Shown here piece after piece: positions 43,300 through 57,692 of a stretch of 64,000 nucleotides of DNA. The number at the start of each line of letters is the position of its first letter. Position 1 is the stretch's first letter. The stretch spans positions 2,418,001 to 2,482,000 of the forward strand of contig OZ024743.1 of NCBI GenBank assembly GCA_964016885.1. Direction: 5' to 3'. The stretch is from Eledone cirrhosa. Its lineage: Eukaryota. The notes below the pieces were generated by a model that worked only from the letters and a program-made list of their open reading frames with translations, made no database searches and was not told where the DNA came from. A program made the position numbers and the translations under genes.

Positions 43300-43808
43300 A
43301 CAAGTAAAACATACTCTTAAATATATTATATGATATATGAAAGTCCAGCTGTATGATGCCACTGTATGAAGTGTGATGTTGCATGGAAGTGAAACATGAA
43401 CAGTAAATGCAGAGGATATGTGGAGGTTGGAGAGAAATGAAGCAAATATCCTTCAATGGATATGTCATGTTAATATACATGAATGGCAAATTATGGATGG
43501 GCTGAGAGAAAAACTGGATATAAGAGGAATCAAATGTAGTATGCAATAAAGAAGAAGACTGTACTGGTATGGAAGGTAATGCATATAGATGATATTTGTT
43601 GGGTGAAGAAGTGCCAGGAGTTCCTAGAGGAAGGAAACAGCAGTAGAAAACCAAGGAAGACCTAGGCAGAAGTGGTGAGAGCAGATTTCATAATACTGAA
43701 GCTCACAGAGATGATGAAGGAATAAAGCAGTTAGAGGGGAGCTGTGCAGGAAAAGACCTGTCAAACCCATGCAAGCATAGAGAAGACGATGTAAAATGAT
43801 GATGAAGA
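43300..43808 (+). mobile_element. RTE-type LINE 3' relic in the ETFRF1 intron
   Basis: Decayed LY..TV.SVMLHGSET motif; (GAT)n tail. Confidence 0.55.
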
Positions 43809-43874
43809 TCTATAAAACAGATTGAAAATAATAATTAAGTTTTGTGGAATAATTAAGTTTAATAAAATACTAAC

Positions 43875-43928
43875 TGTTTTATATAAGGCCACAACTTTGG
43901 GCCGGAGGTTCTGGTTGGTTGCTGCCAT
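43875..43928 (-). CDS. ETFRF1: ETFRF1/LYRM5 first coding exon
   Basis: ATG MAATNQNLRPKVVALYKT then GT donor; phase-0 join gives the LYK-LL LYR-type motif (85 aa total); upstream polypyrimidine/AG acceptor at 43995. Confidence 0.9.
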
Positions 43929-44947
43929 TTAGTAAAGACCAATAAAATCTCTCAATGTCTGCTGTGATATCTCATCAATTACATCCAACTGATTCTGAAA
44001 ATAAAAGAGAAAATGCAAGTAATACAAAGAACGAACTAAATATTAAAATTCATACAAAAATGAGAAAACTCAACATTAGGTTGTTTTAACAACCTAATGC
44101 CATCAAAGACAGCAATAGACAAAAATGCTGGACAGAGACCAGCAACCAATGGTCAACAGAGAGTCAATCCACAGGGTGGGCGACAGACAGATGAAACATA
44201 GAAAAGATTGAGGGAGGAGCAGGACAAGGAGAAGTGTAGAGGTGTACAGAAGTGACTGGAAGAAAGAAACAAATAAAGGCAATGTACCAGGCAAGCTCAC
44301 ACACACATTTGACTGCTGGTCTCTGTCCTGAGCCATTTTTGCCCATCACTGTCTTTTACAACTATTCTAGCGTTGAGTTTTCTCATGTTTGTATGAATTT
44401 TAATATACTCTCGCCTCATCTCAACAAGAGATATCAATATTTATTCATTGAACTAAATATTGTTGTTCTGGTAGAACCGTATAATTAACAATACTAACAT
44501 TTACAAATACAACATACAATCATCGCTTCATCCTCATCGTTTTTCTGTCAACTTTTCCATCTTGATATGGGATGGATGAGACTTTTTGAGGCAACGTTTT
44601 ACAACTGGATGCCCTTCCTGACACTAACCCTTTTAGTTGCTTCTTGAGACACATAGTAATACAGTGTACCTATTCTTAACTGGATACATATGGTTATAAA
44701 TAAATAAATAATCATTTCTAATTAAGATACAAGGCCAGTAATTTTTAGGGAAGGCAAAGTCGATTATACCCCCATTCCTCAGTATATGACTGATCCTTTA
44801 TTTATCGACCCCAGAAAGATTACAAAAAAGTTGACCTCAGCTATAATATACTGACAACAACAACTATCTGAGTTAACATAGTACCAAGGACTATTGGCAA
44901 ATAGGTTTATGTATTGGTAAATAGGTTTATACATTGTCAAATAGGTT

Positions 44948-45446
44948 TGTACAGCCACCGGAAATAACATCTGTGAAATATACAGCGCCATCTACCTGTT
45001 AGCTAGCTACCTCAACGTGAAACAAAAGAACCCTTAAAGGCTACCAGAATAAACGCCTACACATCGGCTAAACATCAAACGATTATTTCTGTATAAATAG
45101 AGTGGTTCCAAACACTTCAGCAGTCGACATTTGGCAGAGTCAACTCGCGTATCATTGTTCCTCGCCTCTGCCACGCTTTGTCACTCACACACGCCTTGTA
45201 CCTCGTATCGTCGCTTCAGGTGAAAATAAATAGCTGATCGAATTTACATCTCGCCTTGCTTCGTCCTTTCAACTTGTGCTTTCGTCTGTCCATCCTCAAC
45301 AGTTCTTTTAAGGGCTATGTGCGACAACAGTCCTTTTAAGGGCTATCTTCAGATCTGATCAGACCGTATGCGATAACAGTCCTTCTAAGGGCTATTCTCG
45401 GATCTGATCGGAAGTAGTGACCAGACTGACTAACCACGCCGCTACA
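44948..45446 (+). mobile_element. Solo LTR
   Basis: TGTA...TACA ends, 4-bp TSD GGTT, internal TATAAATA then AATAAA; inserted in an AAATAGGTTTATAT minisatellite. Confidence 0.75.
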
Positions 45447-45454
45447 GGTTTATC

Positions 45455-45665
45455 ATTATCATCATCATCATCACCGTTTTACGTCCGTTCTTCCACGCTA
45501 GCATGGGTTAGATGGGTTGTCCTGTTGTGGGCAGTGTCCAGTCGGCTGACCATGCCTTGCTCATACGGGAACTGATTCTGGCTTGATTTCTACAGCTAGA
45601 TGCCCTTCTTAACACTAACCTCATTTACAGTGAGTGCTAGGTGCTTTTTTTTGTGGCGCCTACAC
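45455..45665 (-). mobile_element. SINE with RTE-like (GAT)n tail (near-identical inverted copy at 48247-48450; others at 47820-47980 and 61500-61836)
   Basis: TTAGGAAGGGCATCCAGCTGTAGAAA...CCCATGCTAGC.TGGAAGAACGGACGTAAAA-(GAT)n. Confidence 0.75.
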
Positions 45666-46399
45666 ATCCACTTTACAGTGTGGGCTGGGTGCTTTTTTGC
45701 CATGGCACCTCCGCAACCACTTTGCAGTGGGAGAGTGTGGGGGCATATTGTCTATATGCTTCAGCTTCAGCTTGTACCCATGGGAAGTCGGGTCTTCTGT
45801 ATTACTGCGTGACGCCAGAGGTCACGGTCGTGTGTCATCGCCTTTGAGAGGCGTAATTGGGTAAGGTCGGTTTATGTATTAGAAAATAAGTTTGTGTATA
45901 GGCAAATATGTTTATATATTGTCAAATAGGTTTATATATCATAAAATAGGTTTATATATCATAAAATAGGTTTATATATATTGACAAATAGGTTTATATA
46001 TTGGCAAATAGGTTTATATATATGACTTAGTTATTCAAAACACAATAACACAGTTCTCTCCTCTTCAGACACAGCTCAATCCTCTTCAGTCACAGCTATC
46101 TCTCCTCGTCAAAACACAATACTTTACAACACTGTAAACATTACTACAACCATGTGATAGTTAATGACAACAAAGTAGGTTGACACAGATACCAACAGAT
46201 AATAAAGGTCACTGTTTGTTTGTTGTTTTTAATCAACCTAGTCTATCTAATTATAAATGGGTTATTGTTGTTGTTTGACCCTGGACCAGCCTTTCTAGAT
46301 ATGGCTCTCAAATTTTTTTGTCATCATCATCACCATTTTACGTCCATTCTTTGCATATCTTAATAATGAAAATAATAATGAAAATTATTGTGTACAGTG

Positions 46400-47545
46400 C
46401 TCAGGTGCACTACAACTTATCAAAGGTGCATGTATAGTACATAGAATTATGTACAAATGTCAGGAAAGTGAACAGTGTATGAGTCATGATATACACACAG
46501 ACACGCACATACTTGCATGCTTGTGTATGGAGGGGGAATATCAGGTATAGTGTTGGCAAATTACGGGAAGAATGGAAGTTTTGAAGGATGTAGTGTCCTG
46601 ACAGCTAAAAACTGATGCAGGTAGTTTGTTCCATGCTTCAGCAACTCTGAGCATGAAAAAATGTTTCTGAAAATCATGGGAGCTGTGTTGTTTCCTGATT
46701 TTGTAAGCATGTCCACGGGTGTTAGACACATGGAATTCAAAAGGGTGCTCAGGGTTGTTGTTGGCAAGATAGTTAATAATTTTGTGCGTGTCTACCAAGT
46801 CAGTTGCCAAATGTTGGAGCTTTAATGTATCCCTGCCCAGGGAAGCAAGGTGTTCAGAGTATGGTAGATGACTGATGGATGGTATTCGTTTGGTTGCACA
46901 TCTCTGAACAGTTTCCAGGAGATCACTATCCTGAGCAAGATAGAGGTTCTAGACTAATGATGCAAATTCTAAGTGTGGACACACCATAGCTATATACAGC
47001 TTTATAGCTGAAGAGTGGCTGAGTGATGCTAAGACACCCTCAGCCTTCTTGACAATTTTAAAAATGTGCTTTGTCCAACTCAAATCGCTGTTGACAATAA
47101 TGCCCAGGTCATGTTCACAAGAAGACTTTTTAAGATTGGTGTTGTGAAGGGAGTATGTGAACGCTAGGTTTTTCCTCCCAAAATGCATGGTGGTACACTT
47201 GTCCACAGCTAGCATGAGTTGCCAGTCCATAATCTTTTTTTATCTCAAGGTACAGCTTGATGTCATCAGTGTATTTCAGCACTGTGGCATTCTTTAAGTT
47301 CGCATCTATACCATCAATATATGCAACAAACAAAAGAGGACCAAGAACAGATCCCTATGGTACACCAGATGTCATCTCATACGGTGAAGAATGCTGTCCT
47401 AGAACCTTGACTATCTCTTTTCAACTGAGAATGAAGGACTTCAACCAGTTATAAAGATCATCTCTCACACCCATTGTGGAGAGTTTTGCCATGGGTCACA
47501 GAATTAAAATCTTTAGTAAAGTCAAGGTAAATAACATCCACCCAT
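46400..47545 (-). mobile_element. CR1-clade LINE RT/3' relic
   Basis: YLDF, SGVP*GSVLGPLLFV, YTDDIKLY, DKC..MHFG, DLGI, HLEFA, TRGH, WNKLP. Confidence 0.85.
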
Positions 47546-47644
47546 GATGAAAGAACGCGGTGACTGGGAAGATGCTGAGCTGAGAAGTACCTGCTCAACC
47601 CATGCCAGCATGGAATAATGGATGTAAAAACGATGATGACGATG

Positions 47645-47810
47645 ATATATATTTATTTCATTATAGAAATGACCTACATGACAGAAACAGTTCTTGTCAT
47701 GTTGAAGTCATTTCTATAATAAAATAAATATGCTTATACTCTATTAACGTATTGAGTACTTTTTTTTAACAGTGGCCACCTCCGGATGTACATTGTGAAT
47801 CCACCTATAT
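47645..47810 (+). mobile_element. Tiny PLE pLTR-end fold-back relic
   Basis: ~85-nt palindrome followed by ATACTC...TATTGAGTAC...GTGG..ACCTCCG, similar to 13190-13240. Confidence 0.5.
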
Positions 47811-50800
47811 ATATGTAAATGTGGTTGGCGTTAGGAAGGGCATCTAGTCGTAGAAAACCAGCCAGAAACTCTCCTATATGAGCGAGACTCGGTCACCCGA
47901 CCCACCTTGCCTCTAAATGGGATATACTCGTCTAACTCATGCTAGTGTGGAAGATAGACGTTAATCAACGATGATGATGAAGCCACACACACACACACAC
48001 AAACAAACAAACAAGTAATATATATAATTGTTTCTACTTTTGGCACATGGCCAGCAATTATCCCAGTGTATTACTGCTACTTTATTTTATTGACTCCGTA
48101 AGGATGAAAAGCAAAGTTAACCTTGGCAGTATTTGAGCTCAGACCATAAAGACTCTTTGCTGCAAAGCATGGCGTCCGACTCTCTACCAATACTGCCAAT
48201 CCACCGCCCTTTGTAATATATATAATGTTTATGATTTACAAAACATGTAGGCACCACGAAAAAGCACCCAGCACTCACTGTAAATGAGGTTGGTGTTAGG
48301 AAGGGCATCCAGCTGTAGAAATCAAGCCAAATCAGTTCCTGTATGAGCAAGGCATGGTCAGCCGCCCAGACACTGCCCACAACAGGACAACCCGTCTAAC
48401 CCATGCTAGCGTGGAAGAACGGACGTAAAACGGTGATGATGATGATGATGAAAACAAATCAATAAAAAAAAAGTCTGAAAGAAAAATAGAAAGAAGGCAT
48501 ACACACTCAATTACACAAAACAAGGAATGTTGGTATTTCATGACAGTGGTATCAGTTTAATATATATTTTTGTGGTTGATATGAATTGTACTCAATCAAG
48601 GCTTCAGCTCATAGTTTGGTTGACAGTTAAGCCATTAATCAAGGCTCCAGATCAAAGTTCAGATGACAGTTAAACTAACATGCCTAGAATAACCAAGTAC
48701 ATTTATGAGCATCACCTGATAATTCAGTAATACAAGCTGCCAGCAATGACAGAAAACTTTATTATCAACAGCCCAGTTCCCTAGATGTCTCAAATTTCAT
48801 CGTATTTCAGGAAGTAAGTTTTTTTTTCTTGCTTTCTGAGTCTTTTTTTAAATTGTTACTATCCATTTGTATTTTTGTTTAAATATGTATGCATTTACAA
48901 TTGATATGATTTAACCCTTTAACAGTTACATTCCCCTATATTTACTCTTATATTTTCATGGAAAAGGCTTTACCTCACATATCGATTCTATGAGATTTTG
49001 ATATTATTTATTTTGAGAACAATACCTTAACATCAGTATGAGTGACCAGTTACAGCCGGTTTAAAAAGAAAGAGGTGAGGGAATTCTGGTTGGATATGGC
49101 CAGTTTAAATGCTAAAGGGTTAAACCTTTTAGGGTTCTACTTCTTTGGCGAGTGACTTGATCTGAGACTGTGTTGTAACTAAAGCAATAACAGCAAGGAT
49201 GAGTTAGCGGTACTTTTGCTCTTTCGCACATCCTGGATGCTGTGGCAAAAGTGAGGATCATTGAATCTGTAGCTGAATAGAATTCTGAAATACCAGGAAT
49301 TATCAGCAAAATATTTTTTTCAGCCAGTGATGTTTGAGAAATTTGGGGGACCTGGACCACTGACGAGGTCTTTGTTATTGTTAGTCAACTCACCTTATTG
49401 ATGTATCAGGTAATGCCTGGAAGTGTGCTTGGTTATTCCAGTGTCTTAGCCTCGCTATCACCCATGATAATGCCATGTGTATGTTGATTAGAGAGAAACT
49501 CTGCTGCCCCTAGTTGTGATGTGTGATTGAGTGTGCATGCCTTATCCAGCTTCTTTTTTTCTTTTACCCGATTACCTTCTTCTATATATAAATTTGAGCA
49601 ACTTCCGTCCATCCGTCCTTCCGTCACACACTAGAGATGCCTGAGGAAGGAAGGGGTGATGACGTCATACACTAGAGATGATTGAGGAAGGGAGAGGTGA
49701 TTATGTCACACACTAGAGATGACTGAGGAAGGAAGAGGTGATGACAAACTACAGAAAACAGCATCTAACATTCACTACACTTGTGTGTACAATCTATATA
49801 TAAATTTGAGCGACTTATTTTTGTAAGTGTGTCTGTGTTTGTGCATTTATAATAATATACTAATACACGCTTCAGAGTGTTGAAAAACATTCTAGTACGT
49901 AAATTGTTAATCTTTTGCTAATTTATTTAAATAAAATACTAACCAATATTATAAAAATTAGGTTTTTGTAATTCTCCCTTAATGTTTTCTTATATAAACA
50001 AAAGGAAAAAATTGTCTCCGAAATTGTATGGATTGGCAGAATCGTTAGAGCATATGACAAATATGTAGCAGTATTTGTTCCAGCTGTTTACATTTACATT
50101 CTGAATTCAAATTCCACCAAGGTCGATTTTACCTTTCATCGATAAAATAAAGTACCAGCCATGTACTAAAATTGATATAATCGACTTTCCCCTACCCAAA
50201 AATTGTTAGCCTTGTATCTAAATTAGAAACCATTTTATTGTGTCTGAGGTGGTGAATTGGCAGAACTGCTGGAATGTGAGATAGAATATTTTGTTGTATT
50301 TGTTCTGGCGCTCTGTATTCTGAGTTCAAATCTTGCCTTTCAACCTTTTGAGGTCGATAAAAAAAAAAGTACTAGTCCAGTACTGGGGTCAATTCTTCCT
50401 ATATATATCTTTCTCATTTTCTCTCTCTCCACTTCTCTGAAAGAAATTGGCTGGAATATGGGCTTTGCCAAGTTTAACCCTTTAGCATTTAAATCGGTTG
50501 TATCTGGCCAGAATTCTCTCACCTCTTTCTGTTCAAACCTGCTGTTACTGATTGCTTATACCAACGTTAAGATATTGTTCTCAAAATAAATAATATAAAT
50601 ATCTCGTAGATTCGATATTATGTGGGATAATTATGTGAGATAAAGTGTTTACCATGAAAATAAAATAGTAAATATAGAGTAATGAAAATGCTAAAGGGTT
50701 ATATTGCACAAGACATGCTGTATATCACTACAGTACCCCTACAATTCTTCCAGCAGTTGCATGTCCATACATACATAATGTGCTCAACATTATTTTATCA

Positions 50801-53800
50801 AGGAGAAACTGTTGCAGCTAAAAACAAATCTTTGAGTCAAATATAATAGCTTCAGTTGTAACTCAGTACATCTTAACTCATAACATCCTGTCGGTGAATT
50901 GGCAGCATCGGTAGAGTGTCAGACACCTAGATTTACAGCACAGAGTTATGGCCCTTTACGTTCTGAGTTCAAATCCCGCTGAGGTTAACTTTGCTTTTCA
51001 TCCTTACGGGGTTGATAAAATAAAGTACCAGTAATGCTCTGGGATAATTGCTCGTCTTGTGCCAAAAGTAGAAACAATTATCTAGTAGAAAATATTTAAA
51101 AGTTCATCTGATAATTCAAATGTTTATCTTTTTAAAGTGTATCTATGTACTGAATGAAGTAGTCAATGTGGTGCAGTTGAACCACATTTGTCTGACATAA
51201 AGCTGGTGGGAGTTTCATTCGGACTGGCGATATTTTTGTGAAGGCACATGGTTTAATGATTAGAGAGTTGGATTCATAATCATGAGGTTGAGAATTTGAT
51301 TCTCTGACCAGGGGACGCATTGTATCCTTGAACAAAACACTTTATTTTACATTTCTCTAGTTCACTCAGCTGCAGAAATGAGTTACATCATTGGTGCCAA
51401 GCTGTATCGGCCTTTGATTTTTCCTTGGACAACATTGGTTGTGTGGAGTGGGGCGACTAGTATGAATAAGCAACTGCTGGTCTTTCACAAAGACACCTTG
51501 TCTTGTGCCTCTGAGGGCAACTTTCTAGGTGCAAAACCCATGATCATTTATGTGCTGAGAATAATTTCCAGTAAGAAAAAATTAAGGGAATCATATATAA
51601 GAAAGAAAATATTAAGTTTATTATAAATTCTGGAGTTAATAAGGGAAACTCTACAATATTTAATGATTTGCTAGAAAATTGCCCTCAATTCTCCCTCAAA
51701 CCATGCCATACTGCCATTAAACAATATAGTAAAAGATACAATATATACTATCTAAATAAGACATACACAGATACATATATATATATACACACATACATAT
51801 ATACATTCCCACATATGCATACACAGACATATATATATATATATATATCTTCTTTACCCACTTATTCCTGAGAGGGTCATGGAGGCAGAGTCCTGAAACA
51901 CTCCTTTCAGTGGGTCCTGTCAGAAGCAACCTTCTCCAACTGATCTGGCTGAATCCCCAAGTGAGACCAGCCATGCTCATGGATGTTATCTATCTTGCAT
52001 GGGGTTTACCTCAAGGTCTCCTGCCAGTTGGTTTTTACCTGTAAAATCTGTCCAGTGATTTTTCCTGAGACATTCTAACCACATGCCCATAGCATATATA
52101 TATATGCATATACTATACACTATCTGAATAAAAGACACACACACATATATATCAGCAGTATCATTTTATATGTTTTCCATGTTGGCGTGGGTTGGACAGA
52201 TTGTTATCGTTCAAAATAGGATGGGTCAGAGAATTATATTTTGTTTTGCTCATATACCATGCTAGCGTAGAAGATAGATGTTAAACAAAACAATATTTGC
52301 CATGGTTTCTATGAACGGATGCCCTTCCTAACACAAACCACTCAACAGAGTATACTGGGTGTATTTATGTGTGGGACTAGAACATGAGAGATCATTGTCT
52401 TCAACTCAGCATTGTCTCCATTCAAATACCAACCATTTTACAGAGTGTACTGGGTGCATACTTACGATTCATGAAAACCAATTTTGGGGTTCAGAGTGTG
52501 CCAAGTGTGCCAGGGGTTCAATCTGAAAGCAAACATAGGAATACCACAAATCAGCTCTGATTGACCAGACATATAAAACATTCTAATCATGACCATCCCT
52601 TCCTTTTCTATATCTAGAAACTACAGTATTTGTAATTTGATGTAAATGTGTGTGACTTGCAGTCATGAGGCAAGCTGTATCTGTCTTTGCCTTTCCTTTG
52701 GACAATATCATATACAGTGTATATATACTGTACATAATGTATAACATATATAGTGTACAATATCATCATCATCGTCGTTTAACGTCTATCTTCCACAGTG
52801 TATATATGAGTTATGGCGTCACTGGTGCCAAGCTGTATCAGTCTTTGCCTTTCCCTTGGACAACATCAGTGGCATGGAGTGGAAAGACTGGATGCATGGG
52901 TGACTGCTGTTCTTCCACAAAAACACCATGCCCAGACGTGTGCCTTGAAGAACTTTCTAGGTGCAAATCCATGGTCATTCGTGACCGAAGGTAGTCTACA
53001 AAGTGAGGATGTATCAGTTCAAAGTGAATTAATATCAGATCTTTCAAGATGAGCACGTCTCACTTCAAAGTAAAAATAGTGATTTCATAGTGAGCTAAAC
53101 TTACTTGACTTAATTAGCCAAGAATGCATAATGTGTTTTACATAGAGAAAATAGCAGAGATTTTATTAGTTAGAGAGTATATTATAAACAGAAACCAGAA
53201 AGACTGCTCATTTTTAATCACAATCCTAATAGCTGGTTTTCTATTAAATTGTTACATTGTAAAAAACAAACAGCATCTAAACTTGTTGAACGAATGTTTG
53301 TTTGTTTTTTTTTTTTGTTATGGTTGTTGTTTTATGGGGTGGGTGGGTGTTATTTCGTGTTCTGTTTGTCTCTAAATATCAGAATCAAATTGTTTGTGGT
53401 AAACTCATTCTGAAATCACTATTCTCACAATTAAGTCGCCACGTCTAATTTTGAAATATTTAATCTCACTTTGAATTACAAATACTGTTTATTGTTCAAC
53501 GTCTTTTACGGTGAGCTTTAATAGGAACGGGACCATCTGGCTGCTATTTCTAGCAGCTCAGATGATCTAGTAGAGGCTTGTTGGTGCTACTAAGCAAAGG
53601 TGACCTAACCCACCAGTCACTAGGAGAAGGGGTAAACCTAGTGGGGTGTTCGGCTGGGTAAGAATAATGGGTCACCCTGATAGATAAAGGATGCCCGAGG
53701 CAGATTTTAAGTTTTTCATTACCATATTTCTTATTAAACACGGTTATGAAATGTGTTTCAGTTAGTTTTCAAAATAATCCGAAATTTGGAGGAAGTTAAT

Positions 53801-55974
53801 AGAATAATCAAATTTGTCATTAGTAAACTGATATTTCTAAAATAAAAGGTCATAATTCAAAGATAAACATTTTAAAATGAGCAATTTTGTATCATAAATC
53901 CAGAGTTGTTTGGTATAAAAGGGGTGACCCAGTCTGATTGTATCAGCAAGTGGCTGGGATAGGTGTATTGGGTTAAAGATATTTACATAATGCTATTGAT
54001 TCTTAATAAATATATAACTAAAATAAATAAGATTGATAAATACTTTGATTGCAACAGAGAGAATTGGAGTGAGGACAAAGAAAACAAAAAAAGAACTGTG
54101 GACTCGAAATTTGTCGGCTGTTGTTAAAAACTGCTTTCCTTGCGTAATCTGTTCATTATAAACACTAACGTTTTTGTTAACTAGACAAAACCAAATGTGT
54201 GGAAGAACGATAAAAACTACACCTTTATTGGTTGGAATAGTCGTTGATAAATAAATATGAAACATTAAGCGAATCCCGTGTTGTTTTTTATTTGTAGTAG
54301 TAGTAATAATAGTATTTATTATTGATTTATTTACCTGAAATGGTGACCGGCTAACGATAAGATGAAAACTACACAAAATAAGTGTCCAATCCAGGCAACT
54401 CTATTATCTCCCTTGAAGAAAGATAGTTCTAACGTTCTGTCACTAGATGACGTATTGCTTTCAAGCGGTGTTATGGTAATTATTGTCAAAGTTATCGTTC
54501 TGAGTTCAGATACCGCCTAAGTTAAGCTTTGCCTTTCACCCTTTCCGAGTGGGTAAAATAAAGTGCTAGTAACCCACTGGAGTCGATTTAATCGAGACTT
54601 TCCTCTTCCCTTCAAATTGCTGGCCTTGTGCCAAAAGTATAAGCAATTATTACTCCCGTCTCACTTTGGAGGTGAAATTTATATTTTTGCATGGATTTTG
54701 GTGTGTTTTGAACGAATTTGACCTTCAAAACCGTCGGGAGTTATTCGTCCCTCGCTCCATTAACTAAAAAACGTAAAATTTCGACAGTTTTGAAGACCAT
54801 ATTCGTTCAAAAACCACAGAAAAATACAAATTTCAACTCAAAAGCGAAACCAGTGTAGTTGTAAACATTTACCAAGTTTTTATTTTATTCTAAGTTAAAA
54901 TTTATTGATTTTACAGATTTCGTTAGAATTTTCATGTTTTGAACGAATGCAGCCTTCAAAACCCGATACGGTGTGCTACATAAACACATAGTAAACATAA
55001 TTGTTTCTACACATAGTAAACAATAAATGTTGCTCACATCCTAATCAAAAATACTTTATAGACAAAGTACTTGAGGTAATTAGAAACATTTATTAAAGTA
55101 CAAGTCAAGTCCTGAGATCGATATAAGATTCCTAAAAAGCATCCTAGGTGGAGAAATACTTATACCAACAGGATCAAGTCATCTATCAGTACTGTCTTCC
55201 ATACACACAGCATCAAGTCATCAAGAAATAGTCTTCCAGACACAACAGCATCAGGTCACTTAACAGTATTGTCTTCCATACACAGCATCAAAATGCTGGC
55301 TAATTCCATGAGAAGAAAAATGTTAAGAACAATAGCAGATGTCAAAACTGATAGACTCCTTTATCCTTATAATTGCTTTTTTTTTATCTTGTATGAAAGT
55401 CCAAATATATATATTTTTAATTTTAACAGCAAAAAGTAGTTCAATGTTTTCAGCATGTCTGTTGTATCATCATGTTGGGTTGACAGAATCATTAGAGCAT
55501 CTGACACAATACCTATTGTATTTAATTATGTTCTGAGTTCAAATCTTGTTGATGACAATTCTGACATTCGTCTTTCTGGGATCATTAAAGCTAAGTACAG
55601 GTGGGGAGCAATTTGATATTTCTATAAAGCCCATGAGATGTAAATGAAATTATAAAAGAAGACTAGGAACGCTGTATTGCTTAAATAAAAAAATTATGAA
55701 ATATTGCTTATATTTTTATCTGTTTTGTGCTGCACGATGTGCAGTTTTGAACATTTCCTGTAGCATATCTGTATATTAGATATTTTGTATCACTTTGCTC
55801 AACATTTTGGACAATTCCAATGACATATCTAGGGCAAAAATTGGCAGATTTGTTAGGACAACAGATAGAATGCTTTACAATATTCATTCCAGCTCTCTGC
55901 AGTCTGAGTTAAAATCACATCTAGGTCACCTTCGCTTTTCATCCTTTTGAGGTTAATAAAAAAAGATACCAGCG

Positions 55975-57160
55975 ATTTTTCCTCTTCTACTCGTGGCTCT
56001 ATGTGGAGTAACTCTGATCTCCGAGTTATGCACTCTATTGAGTAACATTACTCCAAAAATACTTCAGAGGAACCCCATTTCGGCTGCTTGTATTTGCGAT
56101 CATATTCTTTCGGTCATTACCCAAGATTCATGACCGTAGGTAAGGGTTGGCACAAATACCGAATTGAAGACAGCAAGTTTGGCTTTTACACTAACTCCCT
56201 TCTTCTGATTAGCAAATGCTAAAGCTGGCACATTACTGCACCAGCTTTAGCAATTCTTGCACTTAAATCACCCTCCAGACTTCCATCACTTGTGAACATG
56301 GCCCTGAGATACTTGAACTTCTCCACCTGCTTCAGTGGAACTCCATTCACATGTAGAGTGCACTGTGCAGGCTTCCTTGAGAGGACGAGTGTCTCAGTTT
56401 TTGCAACACTGATTTTCATTCCAGCCATGTAGCACTCGGTATCAAACCTATCAAGTGCAAGATGGAGATCACCTTCTGTCAAGTTAAGTAACACCATGTT
56501 ATCTGCACATTCTAGCCGACTGATTTTACACCTGGCTGCGCATGTCAATCCTGTTCATGAAAATAATGAACAGGAGAGGTGGCAGTACGCACCATTGGCG
56601 AAGCCCAACTTCCACATGGAATGGTTTCAATTTAATACTATTTATCTGAACACAAATATTCGAGCATTCATATAGAAACATCAGGACAGCAAGAAGCTGA
56701 CACTTCTATTTAAGGCTGTTAACATCTCGAGCTGGATTTCATTTTCCCCAGCAGCCTTGCCACATTTGAGCTTGTTAACTGCTCTTGCGATCTCAGCCTC
56801 TGAATGGTCTTCGAAGTAACATTACTCAATAGTGTGCACAGTTTAGAGATCAAAGAGTCACTCGAAGCAGAGCCACTACTTCTCTGAATTGAGAGATCAT
56901 AGCTCTCATACTATGGGCATGTGGTTAGAATGTCTCAGGAATGAATTGCTGGACAGATTTTACAGGTAAAATCAACCAACAGGAGACCTAGGAGTAGACA
57001 CCAAGCAAGATGGTTGGATAACATCCATGAGCTTGGCTGGTCACATCTGGTGATCCAGCTTGATAAGTTGGAGGTAGTTGCTTCTAACAGAACCTGCTGG
57101 AAGGAGTGGTTCAGGACTCTGTCCCCATGACCCTCTCAGGAATAAGTGGGCGAAGAAGAA
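55975..57160. mobile_element. RTE-type LINE relics (RT on minus 55975-56700; C-terminus on plus 56820-57160)
   Basis: ADNMVLL, GMKISVAKT, QVEKFKYL, ARIAKA; YYGHVVRM, RPR..ARWLDNI. Confidence 0.8.
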
Positions 57161-57692
57161 GATTCTTCCTCTATGTTTCTTTCTCATTTCCTCTCTCTCA
57201 TGCTCTGGAAAGGAGAAAATTGTCCAAAGAATGTCATTACAGTGCCTCTAATACTCCGCCAGGAGTTACGTGCCTAATAAAATTGAGTAGCATATCCGTA
57301 CATCAGATTTGTTCTTATTCACTCAACATTATTCCATTTCTGAAGAAAGAAATGATGTGAGTGGTCGACCAGATCCCTTCTCACAGCAAAACATAGTTGA
57401 TTCGAAGAGAGGGGAAGGGTTATGATGCAACTGGGAATTATTTGAAACAAATAAAATAGATTAGATATATAGATGATAATGAAGGTGCTGGTAGTATTAC
57501 TGATGGAGTTGGTTGTGGTGATGCTTCTAATGATGATGCTGCTGGTGGTGGTGGTGGATGTGGCAGTGATGGTAGTGTCGCTGGGGATATAAAGTGATGA
57601 AAAGTAGTAAGGACAGATTTGTCTAATCTATGTATATAAATTTGGTCATTATTATTACATTATTATCAAATAATGACAAGGACGATAACCGC

